Notes: generated from the sequence alone by a model not told the origin. Counted from the first letter of the stretch, positions 10,302 through 22,014 are shown. The stretch is DNA of 64,000 bases from Thainema sp. (GCA_052168235.1 JBQLZK010000005.1:32001-96000), one strand, 5' to 3'. A program made the numbers and translations.

Positions 10302-12935
10302 ATGAATCAGTCAACTAAATTCAAATTCACACCGCTCAAAGTAGCGAACGGCTGGCAGCGGTTCCGCTCAATTAGCAATCAGATTCGGTTGGGGCTGATG
10401 GGTATGGTGCTACTGAGCGTCATTCCAATTGGCAGTATCCTCATCTACTTGAGCTTTCAGGATTATGCAGACCAGCTGGTCATGCTGCAAGAAGAACGTA
10501 GTGAACTAGCGGCGGGCAAAATCGAAAACTACCTGGATGATCTCCAGCGCAAGCTGAACTATCTGGCGCGCGTGCCGGGTTTAACCAACTTTGATCCGGC
10601 ACAACAGCAGCAGATCCTGGAAGGATTAGCCCGTCATAACGATGCCTATGAACTGATTGCGATCGCAAATAACCAGGGACAGGTCACAACTGCCATTTCA
10701 CCCTACGGTGAAGTAGCAGCAAATAGCATAGCCGATCAACCCCTTTTCCAACGAGCCTTTCGGCAGCAGGAAGAATATGTTGATCCGGTGCAAATCGATC
10801 CTGAGACGAATATTCCAATGGTGATGCTAGCGGTTCCGATCCGCAACGCGGCGGATCGAGTTGATGGCGTTCTATTTGCCAAGATCAATCTCAATTTTCT
10901 CTGGTACGTGGTGTCTCAAACGGAGGTGGGTGAAACGGGTTCGGTCTACATTATGGATGAGCGCAGCTACATTGTTGCTCAAACCGGAGCTAATGCTGAA
11001 ACCTTTAAGTTAGAAGATATGGGCCGTTCTGCTTGGGCAGAGGCTCTGGCCGATGTCGAAGAGGGGGAAGTTTATCGCTATCGGGGACTCAAGGGCAAAC
11101 CTGTTTTAGGTGCTGTCAGTCCCGTTCCCAGCGTCAGCTGGCATGTGGTGGTAGAACTGCCGACGCGGGAAGCCTACGCGCCGCTGTATCAGATGTTGAG
11201 CATCCTGATTGGTTCGGCGATCCTGCTGCTGCTAGTTGCGATCGCAGCCGGGCTGGTGCTGGAGCGGCGGATTACGTTGCCCCTGCGGCGGTTGACCGAT
11301 GCGGCCATTGACATGAGTCAAGGTAACTACGACAGCCAGGTCAATGTGCGATCGCGCAATGAATTTGGCCTATTGGCCCAGGCGTTTAATCAAATGGCCC
11401 AGCAGGTTAAGCAAGCCTTCAATGTCCTAGAACAGGCCAATGAAGAACTTGAGCAGCGGGTGGCCGAGCGGACGGCAGAACTGCGATCGGCCAAAGAAGC
11501 CGCCGATACCGCCAACCATGCCAAGAGCGAATTCTTAGCTAACATGAACCACGAGTTACGTACACCGCTGAACGGCATTCTAGGCTATGCCCAAATTCTA
11601 GAGCGCGATCCAGCCATAACGCCGAAGCAATTAAAAGGGGTGGAAGTGATTCGTCAGTGTGGGGCCCACCTGCTGACGCTGATCAATGACATTTTGGATC
11701 TGTCCAAGATTGAAGCGCGCAAGATGGAACTCTATCCCCAGGATTTCCACTTGCCGAATTTCCTCATGGGCACGGCTGAAATTTGCCATGTCAAAGCCAA
11801 GCAGAAGGGGATTGCATTTGAATATGCTGAGCCGAGCCATCTGCCCACCGCTGTTCATGCAGACGATAAACGGCTGCGGCAGGTGCTGCTCAATTTGCTG
11901 AGTAATGCGATTAAGTTTACCGATACGGGCACCGTTACGTTTCGAGTCGATCCGAGTCCAGCGGATTCACTGGCCTCCAACACTGCTGCCGAAGAGGCTT
12001 CAGTCTGTCGCTTACGCTTTACGGTGCAGGATACGGGCATCGGTATTGCCCCCGAACGCATACAGCGTGTGTTTCATGCTTTTGAGCAAGCCGGAGATCG
12101 CGATCGCAATGCAGAAGGGACGGGGCTCGGCTTAGCGATTAGTCAACAAATTATCCAAATGATGGGCGGTGAAATCGTCGTCACGAGTGAACTGGGGCGG
12201 GGGAGTACATTCTCATTTGAGATTGTCTTACCCCTAGCCAAAGATTGGGTAGACATGGCTCCTGCCGATCAGAAGCCCAAGGTCATTGGCTATCGCGGCC
12301 AGCCTTACACAATTCTGGCTGTGGACGATCATGCCGAAAATCGCTCTGTCTTGGTGAATATGCTGGAGCCGCTCGGCTTTGACCTGATCGAAGCCGAAGA
12401 TGGACAGGGGGGCTATGAGCTAGCCTGTCAAATGCAGCCGGACTTGATTATTACCGACGTGATCATGCCGCGGATGACCGGGTTAGAAATGACGCAAAAG
12501 CTGCGGCTGCGGCCCGAATTCGCCAGTATCCCCATCATTGCCTCACCCGCTAGTCTGTCCCATGTTGAGCAGCAGGAAAGTTTGGATGCGGGCTGTAGCA
12601 GCTTTTTTCCTAAGCCAATTGAGTTTGATGCCCTACTCCAGCAGCTGGAAACATTCCTCAATCTGGAATGGGTCTATGAAGGCGATCCAGAGGCTGAAAC
12701 GGTCTTTTTTGACTTGACGGCATCCACCAGTCCAGAGCTGAAAGTTCCTCCAGCGGCAGAGCTGGCTGCTCTCTACGAAGCTGCGCAGGGCGGATTTATG
12801 GCCGAAATTCAGCAAGAAGCAAACCGATTGAAAGCACTCGCGCCTGAATATGAAGCATTTGCCAATCGGCTGCTGGAACTGGCCCAAGATTTTGAGGATG
12901 AGGCCATCCTCCACCTAGTAGAACAGTACGTTTAA
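10302..12935 (+). CDS. Hybrid sensor histidine kinase (TM-Cache-TM-HAMP-HisKA-HATPase-REC)
   Basis: [39 protein letters not shown]...TDVIMP...KP. Confidence 0.95.
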   Translation: MNQSTKFKFTPLKVANGWQRFRSISNQIRLGLMGMVLLSVIPIGSILIYLSFQDYADQLVMLQEERSELAAGKIENYLDDLQRKLNYLARVPGLTNFDPAQQQQILEGLARHNDAYELIAIANNQGQVTTAISPYGEVAANSIADQPLFQRAFRQQEEYVDPVQIDPETNIPMVMLAVPIRNAADRVDGVLFAKINLNFLWYVVSQTEVGETGSVYIMDERSYIVAQTGANAETFKLEDMGRSAWAEALADVEEGEVYRYRGLKGKPVLGAVSPVPSVSWHVVVELPTREAYAPLYQMLSILIGSAILLLLVAIAAGLVLERRITLPLRRLTDAAIDMSQGNYDSQVNVRSRNEFGLLAQAFNQMAQQVKQAFNVLEQANEELEQRVAERTAELRSAKEAADTANHAKSEFLANMNHELRTPLNGILGYAQILERDPAITPKQLKGVEVIRQCGAHLLTLINDILDLSKIEARKMELYPQDFHLPNFLMGTAEICHVKAKQKGIAFEYAEPSHLPTAVHADDKRLRQVLLNLLSNAIKFTDTGTVTFRVDPSPADSLASNTAAEEASVCRLRFTVQDTGIGIAPERIQRVFHAFEQAGDRDRNAEGTGLGLAISQQIIQMMGGEIVVTSELGRGSTFSFEIVLPLAKDWVDMAPADQKPKVIGYRGQPYTILAVDDHAENRSVLVNMLEPLGFDLIEAEDGQGGYELACQMQPDLIITDVIMPRMTGLEMTQKLRLRPEFASIPIIASPASLSHVEQQESLDAGCSSFFPKPIEFDALLQQLETFLNLEWVYEGDPEAETVFFDLTASTSPELKVPPAAELAALYEAAQGGFMAEIQQEANRLKALAPEYEAFANRLLELAQDFEDEAILHLVEQYV

Positions 12936-12955
12936 GAATATGTCTGAGGGACAGA

Positions 12956-14374
12956 TTGATGTATAACAAATCCCATCTCATCCAACCTACATCAGCGGAG
13001 CATCAATTAGAAACATCGTCTCCGACCCAGGAACTGTCTGCACGGGGCACCATCTTGGTGGTGGATGATAATCCTACGAATATTCAGGTGCTGTTCGATC
13101 TGTTGAACGAGTCGAACTATCGAGTTGCGATCGCAAAAAGCGGTGAAATTGCCCTCAAGCGACTCCAGGGAAATTTACCGGATTTGATCTTGCTGGACGT
13201 GATGATGCCCGGTATTGACGGGTTTGAAACCTGCCGTCGTCTAAAAGCTTCGGATATCACCAAAGACATCCCGGTAATTTTCATGACGGCCTTGTCCGAT
13301 ACGGTTGATAAGGTAAAAGGGCTCAAGTTGGGCGCGGTAGACTACATCACCAAGCCGATCCAGCACGAAGAGGTGCTGGCTCGCATCGATGTTCATCTCC
13401 AGTTACATCAGTTGAATCAGACGTTAGAACAGCGCGTGTGCGATCGGACTGCCGAACTCAGTCACGCCCTAGAGGAACTCCAGCAAACGCAGTTACACCT
13501 GGTGCAGAGCGAGAAAATGTCATCTCTGGGTCAACTTGTGGCCGGTGTCGCTCATGAAATCAATAATCCCGTTAATTTCATCTACGGCAACCTGTTGCCT
13601 GCTGAAAACTACGTCACCGATCTGCTCGAACTAATCCAGCAGTATCAGACCTATGTTCCCAATACGCCTACCCCAGTACAGGACTGCATTGAAGAAATTG
13701 ATCTTGACTTTATTCAAGCGGACTTGCCGCGTTTGCTATCGTCGATGAAGCTGGGTGCCGACCGCATTCGCCAAATTGTGTTGTCGCTTCGTAACTTTTC
13801 CCGCTTAGACGAAGCTGAAATCAAAGCGGTCGATATCCATGAAGGTATCAATAGCACACTGCTGATTCTGCAACATCGGCTCAAGACCATGCATCCAGTC
13901 TATTCTCACATTGAAATCGTGAAGGAATATGGTGCAATCCCGGTCGTTGAATGCTACGCCAGTCAGCTCAACCAGGTATTTATGAATATCTTGGCCAATG
14001 CAGTTGATGCAATTGACGAGACACTGAACCAGCCAGCGGAACAGTCTTGTTTCTCAAGCCAGCGCCGACCTACCATTCGCATCCAGACGCAGCAAGATGG
14101 GGGCATCGTCGTAATTCGGATTCGTGACAATGGTTCTGGTATTCCTGAATCGATTCAAGCCAAAATCTTTGATACGTTTTTTACAACCAAATCTATTGGC
14201 AAAGGCACTGGGTTGGGTCTATCTATTAGCCACCAAATCGTGACTGAACGGCATGGCGGACAGTTGTTGTGCCAGTCTTCCCCTGAGCAGGGCACCGAAT
14301 TCACGATTTGCATTCCGATTCATCAACAGACTAATAAAAGATCCGTTGAAGCAGCAGAACTCTCTCATCTGTGA
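12956..14374 (+). CDS. REC-HisKA-HATPase hybrid kinase/response regulator
   Basis: VVDDNP, LLDVMMP, TKP; AGVAHEINNP; DNGSG, GTGLGL. Confidence 0.95.
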   Translation: MMYNKSHLIQPTSAEHQLETSSPTQELSARGTILVVDDNPTNIQVLFDLLNESNYRVAIAKSGEIALKRLQGNLPDLILLDVMMPGIDGFETCRRLKASDITKDIPVIFMTALSDTVDKVKGLKLGAVDYITKPIQHEEVLARIDVHLQLHQLNQTLEQRVCDRTAELSHALEELQQTQLHLVQSEKMSSLGQLVAGVAHEINNPVNFIYGNLLPAENYVTDLLELIQQYQTYVPNTPTPVQDCIEEIDLDFIQADLPRLLSSMKLGADRIRQIVLSLRNFSRLDEAEIKAVDIHEGINSTLLILQHRLKTMHPVYSHIEIVKEYGAIPVVECYASQLNQVFMNILANAVDAIDETLNQPAEQSCFSSQRRPTIRIQTQQDGGIVVIRIRDNGSGIPESIQAKIFDTFFTTKSIGKGTGLGLSISHQIVTERHGGQLLCQSSPEQGTEFTICIPIHQQTNKRSVEAAELSHL

Positions 14375-14461
14375 CCTCATAAACCTGGCAATCCAAAGAG
14401 ATCCTGCTAAGCTTTACCGTATCCGACTTCGTTATTAAGTTTGATTAAGTTTGTCGCCGGG

Positions 14462-15991
14462 CTATGGCTGCTGCTGTTGGCGTTGAATTGTGCGCCGCAC
14501 GGTTTGAGAACGCTGTAATACCTCAGTAAGTTCATCTAAATCCGTGTGTTTAATCGAGTCCGCTTCATGAATTTCGGCCTGCAAATCAGCCACTTGATCG
14601 GCTAGGCTCTGCTGCCGACTTGTTACCACCAGCGCCATGTCCTCAAACAGCTCAGCTAAAAGGCCTAACTCATCTGGACGCTGGGCAATATCATTTAGCT
14701 CTCCGCGCTGATAGCGGTCTTGCTTTATTTCAGAGGCAGCTTCATTCAGCCGTCGAATAGGGCGCACAATCCAGAGAGACAGCAAAATCCCTAGTAAAGT
14801 TGCGCCTGCTGTAATACTGCCACCGACAAGCAGCGTATGCTGAACCGTCTTATCAACGTGATGCATGAGTTCAGAGCGAGGCACAACTGTCACGACCCAC
14901 CAATTCAGCCCAGCCCGGTCTTGCCAAGGAAAGGCTGATACATAGTGCTGTTTACCTTCTACGATGAAACGATGGACTCGATTCGATGACAGCAAACCAA
15001 CATCCGTCTCTTCGTTTAAGAAACGCGCCGTTGCCTGAATCACTGGGTCTGCACTGTTCTCTGGCGAAATTGGCACAGCCCTGCCATTCATCAGGTTGTA
15101 GGACTGGGCACTCCCTGAATTTGCAACTAACAACCCATCATTGTCCACAATAAAAATGCGAGTCGATGCCGGTAGCTGGAGATCATTGAGATACTCGCTA
15201 ATTGCGCCGAGCTTCAACTCTACACTGAGCACACCCATCAAACCGCCCGCATTGGTATAGACTGGCTGACTAGCCGAAATGACTAGAATTTCTGGGGCAT
15301 CATCCCACTCATCCCGACTCCAAATTGCTCGTCTAGATTGCTCAGCAGCCCGATAGGATACCTCTGCCTTTGGATCGTAGGCGGCAGTGCCACCTTCCCC
15401 ATTTGCTTGATACAGCGTGGTTCGCTCGCCCGTTGCGCTGGTGTTGTAGGAGTACAAATTTCCGGGATTATTCTCGCTATCTACAATCTCAATCAGAGCC
15501 GCATCGCGATACATTCCCGATCCGACAAAATCTCCATTGGCTGATGTCCAAGAGAGATAGGGCACGTCAAATGCCTGCATTTGCTGCCAAAAATAGGTGC
15601 CTAACGCATCTAAATCCTGAGCATCGATCAATTCGGACTGCAGGGCTTCGCCGTTAATCTGATTGAGCTGCTGTGGAAGTTGTAGATAATTGGTCAGCCG
15701 CGATTCAATATTGCTTTTGGTAGAACGCTGGAGCTGCTGCGCTAGATCACTGACCGCCCGTTGACCGTTGCGAAAGGCCAAGAAACCCGTCAGTCCAATA
15801 CCAAAAACAAGGGGCACAATCACCAGCACGGGCAGCGTCCAGCCAATCGACAGTAATCGATTACGAGTATCCCCGGCAGAGGATTGTTTGCCATTCGGGA
15901 GGGATGTTGAAGATAGATCAGGTTCGGATAAACCAGATACGTAGGCTGATCGGGATTGGTCGTCTGTAGCGGACGAGGCAGGCTGTATCAT
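14462..15991 (-). CDS. Cache + HAMP membrane sensor without an output domain
   Basis: Two TMs flanking a Cache-like region (SASQPVY...GVLSVE, FIVDNDGLLVA, GLNWWVV); HAMP (RPIRRL...DELGLLA); short coiled-coil tail. Confidence 0.85.
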   Translation of the reverse strand: MIQPASSATDDQSRSAYVSGLSEPDLSSTSLPNGKQSSAGDTRNRLLSIGWTLPVLVIVPLVFGIGLTGFLAFRNGQRAVSDLAQQLQRSTKSNIESRLTNYLQLPQQLNQINGEALQSELIDAQDLDALGTYFWQQMQAFDVPYLSWTSANGDFVGSGMYRDAALIEIVDSENNPGNLYSYNTSATGERTTLYQANGEGGTAAYDPKAEVSYRAAEQSRRAIWSRDEWDDAPEILVISASQPVYTNAGGLMGVLSVELKLGAISEYLNDLQLPASTRIFIVDNDGLLVANSGSAQSYNLMNGRAVPISPENSADPVIQATARFLNEETDVGLLSSNRVHRFIVEGKQHYVSAFPWQDRAGLNWWVVTVVPRSELMHHVDKTVQHTLLVGGSITAGATLLGILLSLWIVRPIRRLNEAASEIKQDRYQRGELNDIAQRPDELGLLAELFEDMALVVTSRQQSLADQVADLQAEIHEADSIKHTDLDELTEVLQRSQTVRRTIQRQQQQP

Positions 15992-16535
15992 TTCAGTTAC
16001 CTGTCGTTGATGATTTGATGGGTGGGTTGACCCAAAACATCCCTGGTTTCATTACTGTATCAAGACTATCCTCTGCCTCGGTCAACTTTGCCGTTAAACT
16101 TTAATTTCTGACTAATCAATCACTGTCATCATCTACAATCGTGCCATTTTGGCCCAAAATAGAGAACAGGGAAGATTGTCAGGCAACGTCATCTAGCAAT
16201 TTCGTTGGAAAGCTGTTGAATCGCTTCTGTGAAAGGTACGTTCCGCCTGCTGTTTCTGAACACGTAAAGAGGGGTTTCGCCAATGGGATCAATTTGATTC
16301 CAGCTTGATCCCGAATGATCCCTAGAGGAGAGGTACAGTGATTGATATCCCTCTATGATTTCAGAGGTTCCCTTGGTCACGCGATTTTTCGCGATCATCA
16401 TAGAGCTGCCGCTCTATCCCTATCCCTGCATTCGAATCTTGCCTTTGCTACGTCGAAACGTAGATTCGCTATTTTGCGAGATGTGAAGTGTAAGATGCGA
16501 GTCAATTTAAGCCAGTCGATTCATCGAGACTATCC

Positions 16536-18554
16536 ATGAGGATTTCAACTTCCGTTTTGGAAGCCTTGCTGCAAAGGCGGCCTGAACTGCGCCCTCAAAT
16601 GTATTTCAAGTCGTCACTCACGGCTTTGTCTCACGCGATGGAAGACCAGGTGTTGGCCAGCACGTCTGAGCAACCTCTGATTATTGCCAGCTTTCAGCGC
16701 GAGCGATTTTATCGTCAAGAAGCTCATCGCTATGAACGAATTGCCAGCGTTACCAATCAGGTTTATGTGCTGGCTGCGCCTGAGACAGAATTTACGAATC
16801 GCTCAGACGAATACGAAACCATTGCGTTTGAACCTGAAGATATGCTGTCTCAAGAGTGGCATCTCGTGGTGGTGGGACAGCAGTATACGGCCTGTTTGAT
16901 TTGCCGGGAGCATTATGGTGGACAGGATTCATCCCCGGAGTTAGAAACCTCGAAGTCGTCACCACTGGCAATGGATCAGGTGCGACGCTTTGATGGAGTA
17001 TGGACGTCTGATCCGGCAACAAGTTATGACGCGGCGGATATTTTACTGGCGCGCATCCAAACATATCGACCGGAATTAAAAGACAAAATTGCGATCGCAC
17101 GTCAGCTCTATCTCACCTCGGAACCCCAACTGCGCGATGTCGATCCCGATCCGTTTGCTCAGCGATTGGTGACGTATCTGCAGGCGGGTCAGTATAAGCT
17201 GCTCAAGGCTTACCGTTCGATTGCTGCCCAGGAACAGCGGGAACGGTTGATTAACTCAATTACCGCTGCGATTCGTCGGTCTCTTGATCCGGACGAAATT
17301 TTTCGAATTGCGGTGACGGAAATGGGGCAGGCGCTAGATGTTTGCCGCTGTATTTTGTATCGCCATAAAGCTGGCACGACGGATACCCAAATTCAGCATG
17401 AACATTTGGGACGGGATGTGCTCTCTTTGAAGGAGCAGGTGTGGCCCTTAGAGGAGAATCCGCTGTTTCAGTATGTGATGAATCATCATGAATCTTTATC
17501 AATCAGTGATACAGCCCAGTCCCAAGCTGATTTGGATGTTGATTTAACAGCGGTTCAGGATCTGATTGAGCAGTGGCAAATTCGATCCTGGTTAATTGTG
17601 CCAATTTTGTATAAAGGGCGTGTTTTAGGAGCCATTGAGCTGCACCACTGTCGGCCTGCTCCATATTCCTGGACAAAAGATGAAGTGACGCTGGTCAATG
17701 CGATCGCAACTCAACTAGGGGTTGCCCTGATTCAGGCAGAATCCTATGCCAATTTGGAGGATTTGAATCAGCAGCTCGAAGCGCTGGATCGCACCCGCAG
17801 TAATCTGATTGCGATTACAGGCCATGAGCTGCGGACACCGCTATCAACCATTCAGGTGTGTCTGGAAAGTTTGGCCACAGAACCCGACATGTCACCCGAG
17901 TTACAGCAGGTGATGCTTAACTCGGCCCTGTCTGATGCGGAACGCATGCGCAAGCTAGTGCAAGACTTTTTGACCCTCTCTCAACTGGAGAGCGGTCGAA
18001 TCGAGTGGCACTTAGAGCCGCTGTCGGTACAAGAATGTATTGATCTGGCGCTGAGCAGCGTACGGGCACGTACGTCCAGAGATGAGATTCCCAAGCTGGA
18101 AGTGGATGTACCCAACAAACTACCGCTGATTCGAGCCGATGGGGAATGGCTAGTGGAAGTGCTGACGAAACTACTTGATAACGCCTGCAAATTCACTAGC
18201 TCAGACGGCGTCATCAGGATCAAGGCAGAGCCCAATGGTGGCAAAATGCTGGAAATCACCGTGGCGGACACGGGGCGGGGAATTGAACCCCAACGACTAG
18301 AGTTTGTATTCGATCGCTTCTATCAAGAAGAGGGGGCATTACGGCGCAGCGCGGGGGGTACAGGTTTAGGACTAGCCATCTGTCGTCAAATTGTTACAGG
18401 ACTCGGCGGCGAGATTTGGGCGGAATCTCCTGGTCGCGATCAGGGCAGCCAGTTCCACTTCACAGTGCCAACGGTTGAACCTAATCCCACAAAATCGACC
18501 TCTAAATCGTCCCGTTCCTCTAAATCCTCCAAAAAGACCAGTTCTCGTAAGTAG
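16536..18554 (+). CDS. DICT-GAF sensor histidine kinase
   Basis: YFKSSLTALSHAMED and FQRERFYRQEAHRY (DICT-like); GAF; TGHELRTPL; DNACKFT; GGTGLGL. Confidence 0.92.
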   Translation: MRISTSVLEALLQRRPELRPQMYFKSSLTALSHAMEDQVLASTSEQPLIIASFQRERFYRQEAHRYERIASVTNQVYVLAAPETEFTNRSDEYETIAFEPEDMLSQEWHLVVVGQQYTACLICREHYGGQDSSPELETSKSSPLAMDQVRRFDGVWTSDPATSYDAADILLARIQTYRPELKDKIAIARQLYLTSEPQLRDVDPDPFAQRLVTYLQAGQYKLLKAYRSIAAQEQRERLINSITAAIRRSLDPDEIFRIAVTEMGQALDVCRCILYRHKAGTTDTQIQHEHLGRDVLSLKEQVWPLEENPLFQYVMNHHESLSISDTAQSQADLDVDLTAVQDLIEQWQIRSWLIVPILYKGRVLGAIELHHCRPAPYSWTKDEVTLVNAIATQLGVALIQAESYANLEDLNQQLEALDRTRSNLIAITGHELRTPLSTIQVCLESLATEPDMSPELQQVMLNSALSDAERMRKLVQDFLTLSQLESGRIEWHLEPLSVQECIDLALSSVRARTSRDEIPKLEVDVPNKLPLIRADGEWLVEVLTKLLDNACKFTSSDGVIRIKAEPNGGKMLEITVADTGRGIEPQRLEFVFDRFYQEEGALRRSAGGTGLGLAICRQIVTGLGGEIWAESPGRDQGSQFHFTVPTVEPNPTKSTSKSSRSSKSSKKTSSRK

Positions 18555-18956
18555 GGACAGACCCTATGCAACCTAAATTCTGCATCTCCAAGTTAGGCAC
18601 TCCCCGACTTGGAGCAGGTTGTCCTCACGATCAATATCTCAATAGCATGACTTGGGTTGAGTTTATTTATGTCGGTCTACTAACGTCATATAAACTACTT
18701 CGATATAATATGTAAGGGTGTTTTGTAACACTGCGCAGATCAAGGCGCAAATCATCAGTTATCCATCTATCGCTCAGCGGCAGAAAGGCAGGTAGCCAGA
18801 AGCATCACAGTTTAACAAGTCATATTCTGCGTCAGTACTGTGTTCATCTAAAGCATCTTTTAGAACACGCTCTGCTGAAATATGCCACGATATCCAAACC
18901 GCTCGCAACTTGTATCTGATGATGACTCTGCTCGTCGATTGAGCACTGATAGGGTG

Positions 18957-21485
18957 ATGAAAAAACACCAATTATTTACGAAGCAGGTCAACCAGTGGCG
19001 GCAGCAAGCTAGCCATCAGTCTCCTCGATTCTTGGGTGCTGGCAAGCTGCGTGATTCATGGGAACGGCTCCAGCGACATGGGCGAACGCTGCTGCTGGAT
19101 TCGAACCAGTCTACAGCTCACTATCGGGGTAAACAGCCTCCCTCACCCAACCAAAATTTTCCTAAAAAATCGACACCCCACTCACGTCAATCATCCACAT
19201 CGACGTGGGCGATGGCGGCAGTAGCCGTGGTGGTTTTGACTGCGGCCATTGGCCAGCGCTTCTATAACGAACCGAAGCTGGCCATTGGCACAACTGCGCC
19301 TCAAACTTTTGTGGCTCCCAGTAGCGCCACCGTGACAGATGAAGCAGCCACCGCAGAAAAGCGTCGAGCTGCCGAAAATGGATCGCTCAAGATTCTAATG
19401 ATCGATCAAGCGACGAACCAAACCATTTTGGATCAGCTACAGCGATTGCTGAATGAAGGGACTCAGCTGCGTCAGGATGCTGGAACGCTACCTTTTATCT
19501 CGACCGCCATCCTTTCGACTGAAACGCAAGAGTATTTGCGCCAAATAGAAGAATGGGACTGGCGTCGGTTGCGGGCTGCGGCCTTGCGGCAGGCCAATAG
19601 AGAAGATCCTGCGGTGATTGATGACGGCAGCGGCAACATTGAATCTCCTTCGGCTTCAGCCGCATCGCAACAGGCGCTACGAGAACTCAGCAGCTACTAT
19701 CGCCGCTCGTCTGCAGCGGATATACAAGTTGTGGATGATGCCATTACGCAGGCTCGTCGCCAGTATGCTGAGGTGGTTGAGCGGCTGAAAAAACTTGATT
19801 CGGACGTTCCAACTTCCATCTACAGCTCAACGCTACTGAATCTATCGACTTCAGAGTGGCAGTTGGTTCGGACGGCTATTCGCGAAACCATGCAGCGAAT
19901 GCTGGCCCAAGGCATCGCCTATGGTACCCCAGACTCCATTTTGCAGAAGGCTGTTGCACTTCAGGTTGAAGCGACGATTCCTGAGAAAGCACAGTCCTTT
20001 GCGTCAGGGCTGATTTTGAGAACACTGAAGCCGAATTTAATTGAAGATTCAGAGCAGACGCGGATGGCGGCGCAACGGGCGGCGCAAGCGGTTGATCCGG
20101 TTCAGTACACAGTGCAGGAGGGGGGCACCATCGTGGCCGTGGGTGAGGAAATCACCCAGGAAACATTTGTTGTTTTGGACTACTTTGGCCTCAGTCGTCG
20201 GGGAGTAAACTGGATTGGCTTTGTTGGCTTTGGCATTGCGATCGCAGGTTCAGTAACGCTCTTTCTTTGGGTTGAGCAAGCATTTTATTCAGGCTTACGT
20301 CGCCGCGACCACATTCTGCTCTTTCTCTTAGCGCTCAGCACACCCGTTGTAGCAGTCGTCAATAGCTCAATTGTGACTTTACCCGCTGTGGGACTCCTAA
20401 CGGGTAGCTTCTATGGGTCAATCTTGAGCATTACTGTGGTTGGCCTGCTGGCGGTGCTGCTGCCGATTGGTCTCGAACTGAGCATGGTGCCCTTCATTGC
20501 AGCGGCAGCAGGTGGCATTGTGGGCGGCATCATGGCGGGGCGGTTGCGATCGCGAGAAGAACTGGCGCTGTTGGGTGGAGCCGTAGGCTTGACCCAAGCG
20601 GTTGTTTATCTGCTGCTGACGCTGATTTTCACCGGCGGTAGCAGTCCCATTTGGTATTTGCTGATTGCCAATTCCGCTTGGCATGGCTTCATTGGTCTGG
20701 CCTGGAGTGTCGTTGCCCTGGGCATTAGTCCATACCTGGAACATGTGTTTGACCTCGTCACCGCGATTCGTTTGGCTGAACTATCGAATCCCAATCGTCC
20801 CCTATTAAAGCGATTGGCCTCTGAGGCTCCGGGCACGTTTCAGCACACGATGTTTGTCGCCTCTTTAGCTGAAGCGGCAGCACGAGCGTTGAACTGCAAT
20901 GTGGAACTGGTGCGGGCGGGCACGCTCTACCACGACATCGGCAAAATGCACGATCCGCTGGGCTTTATTGAGAATCAAATGGGCGGCCCTAACAAGCACG
21001 ACGAAATTAATGACCCTTGGAAAAGCGCTGGCATTATCAAAAAACACGTCACCGAAGGCATCGTGATGGCAAAGAAATGCCGTCTGCCCAAAGCCGTACG
21101 CGCTTTTATTCCTGAGCATCAGGGCACAATGTTGATCACTTACTTTTATCACCACGCCCAACAGCAGGCTGAAGCTGATTCCACCATTATTGTGAATGAA
21201 CAGGTCTTCCGCTACGACGGGCCGATTCCTCAATCCCGCGAAACAGGCATCGTCATGCTGGCTGATTCTTGTGAGGCAGCATTGCGATCGCTAAAAGATG
21301 CCAGCCCTGAAGAAGCCTTGTCGATGGTCAATCGTATTCTACGTGCCCGCTGGAAAGATGATCAGCTTGTTGATTCCGGCCTGAGCCGTGATGACATGAC
21401 TACCATCGCTAGCATCTTTGTCAAAGTGTGGCAGCAGTACAATCACCAGCGGATTCCTTATCCCAAATCAGCTTTGAAGAGCTAA
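18957..21485 (+). CDS. 7TM HD-family phosphohydrolase (PgpH-like)
   Basis: Extracytoplasmic domain, multiple TMs, APGTFQHT, YHDIGK, EHQGT, MLADSCEAA. Confidence 0.9.
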   Translation: MKKHQLFTKQVNQWRQQASHQSPRFLGAGKLRDSWERLQRHGRTLLLDSNQSTAHYRGKQPPSPNQNFPKKSTPHSRQSSTSTWAMAAVAVVVLTAAIGQRFYNEPKLAIGTTAPQTFVAPSSATVTDEAATAEKRRAAENGSLKILMIDQATNQTILDQLQRLLNEGTQLRQDAGTLPFISTAILSTETQEYLRQIEEWDWRRLRAAALRQANREDPAVIDDGSGNIESPSASAASQQALRELSSYYRRSSAADIQVVDDAITQARRQYAEVVERLKKLDSDVPTSIYSSTLLNLSTSEWQLVRTAIRETMQRMLAQGIAYGTPDSILQKAVALQVEATIPEKAQSFASGLILRTLKPNLIEDSEQTRMAAQRAAQAVDPVQYTVQEGGTIVAVGEEITQETFVVLDYFGLSRRGVNWIGFVGFGIAIAGSVTLFLWVEQAFYSGLRRRDHILLFLLALSTPVVAVVNSSIVTLPAVGLLTGSFYGSILSITVVGLLAVLLPIGLELSMVPFIAAAAGGIVGGIMAGRLRSREELALLGGAVGLTQAVVYLLLTLIFTGGSSPIWYLLIANSAWHGFIGLAWSVVALGISPYLEHVFDLVTAIRLAELSNPNRPLLKRLASEAPGTFQHTMFVASLAEAAARALNCNVELVRAGTLYHDIGKMHDPLGFIENQMGGPNKHDEINDPWKSAGIIKKHVTEGIVMAKKCRLPKAVRAFIPEHQGTMLITYFYHHAQQQAEADSTIIVNEQVFRYDGPIPQSRETGIVMLADSCEAALRSLKDASPEEALSMVNRILRARWKDDQLVDSGLSRDDMTTIASIFVKVWQQYNHQRIPYPKSALKS

Positions 21486-21639
21486 GTCAATTACTTTTCC
21501 ACATTCAGATTTATGCAACAAAGCCAGCCTAAAGTGCAAGAATTATAAAGAGTTGAGTGAGATGCTGATAACCTGCTATCAGTTCTTGATGAGATTAGAG
21601 AAAAAGCTAGGATGAAGGTTGTATCTGGAGGGAAAAACG

Positions 21640-21891
21640 ATGGTTAGTCCAGCGCAGGTCGAATCGATGATCAAGGCCGGTTTACCCGATGCCGAAATTC
21701 AAGTCATGGATCTTACAGGTGGCGGCGATCACTATCAAGTCACCGTCGTTTCATCGGCATTTGAGGGCAAAAGTCTGATCCAGCAGCATCAAATGGTGTA
21801 TCGGGCGGTGCAGCAAGCAATGTCTTCAGAAGCGATTCATGCCCTATCACTGAAAACCTATACTCCAGAAACTTGGGCGAGCGCTAGCTAA
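21640..21891 (+). CDS. bolA: BolA family protein
   Basis: [28 protein letters not shown]; upstream of a monothiol glutaredoxin. Confidence 0.93.
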   Translation: MVSPAQVESMIKAGLPDAEIQVMDLTGGGDHYQVTVVSSAFEGKSLIQQHQMVYRAVQQAMSSEAIHALSLKTYTPETWASAS

Positions 21892-22014
21892 ATACTACGG
21901 CAGGCTTCGTCTGTCATCGTGTTTTTCATTTGCCCGTAATTTAGTAGATGCCATTGGCGATTCGCTAAGATTGACGTATCGTACTCAATACATTCAGAGC
22001 ACCGCGAAATAACT

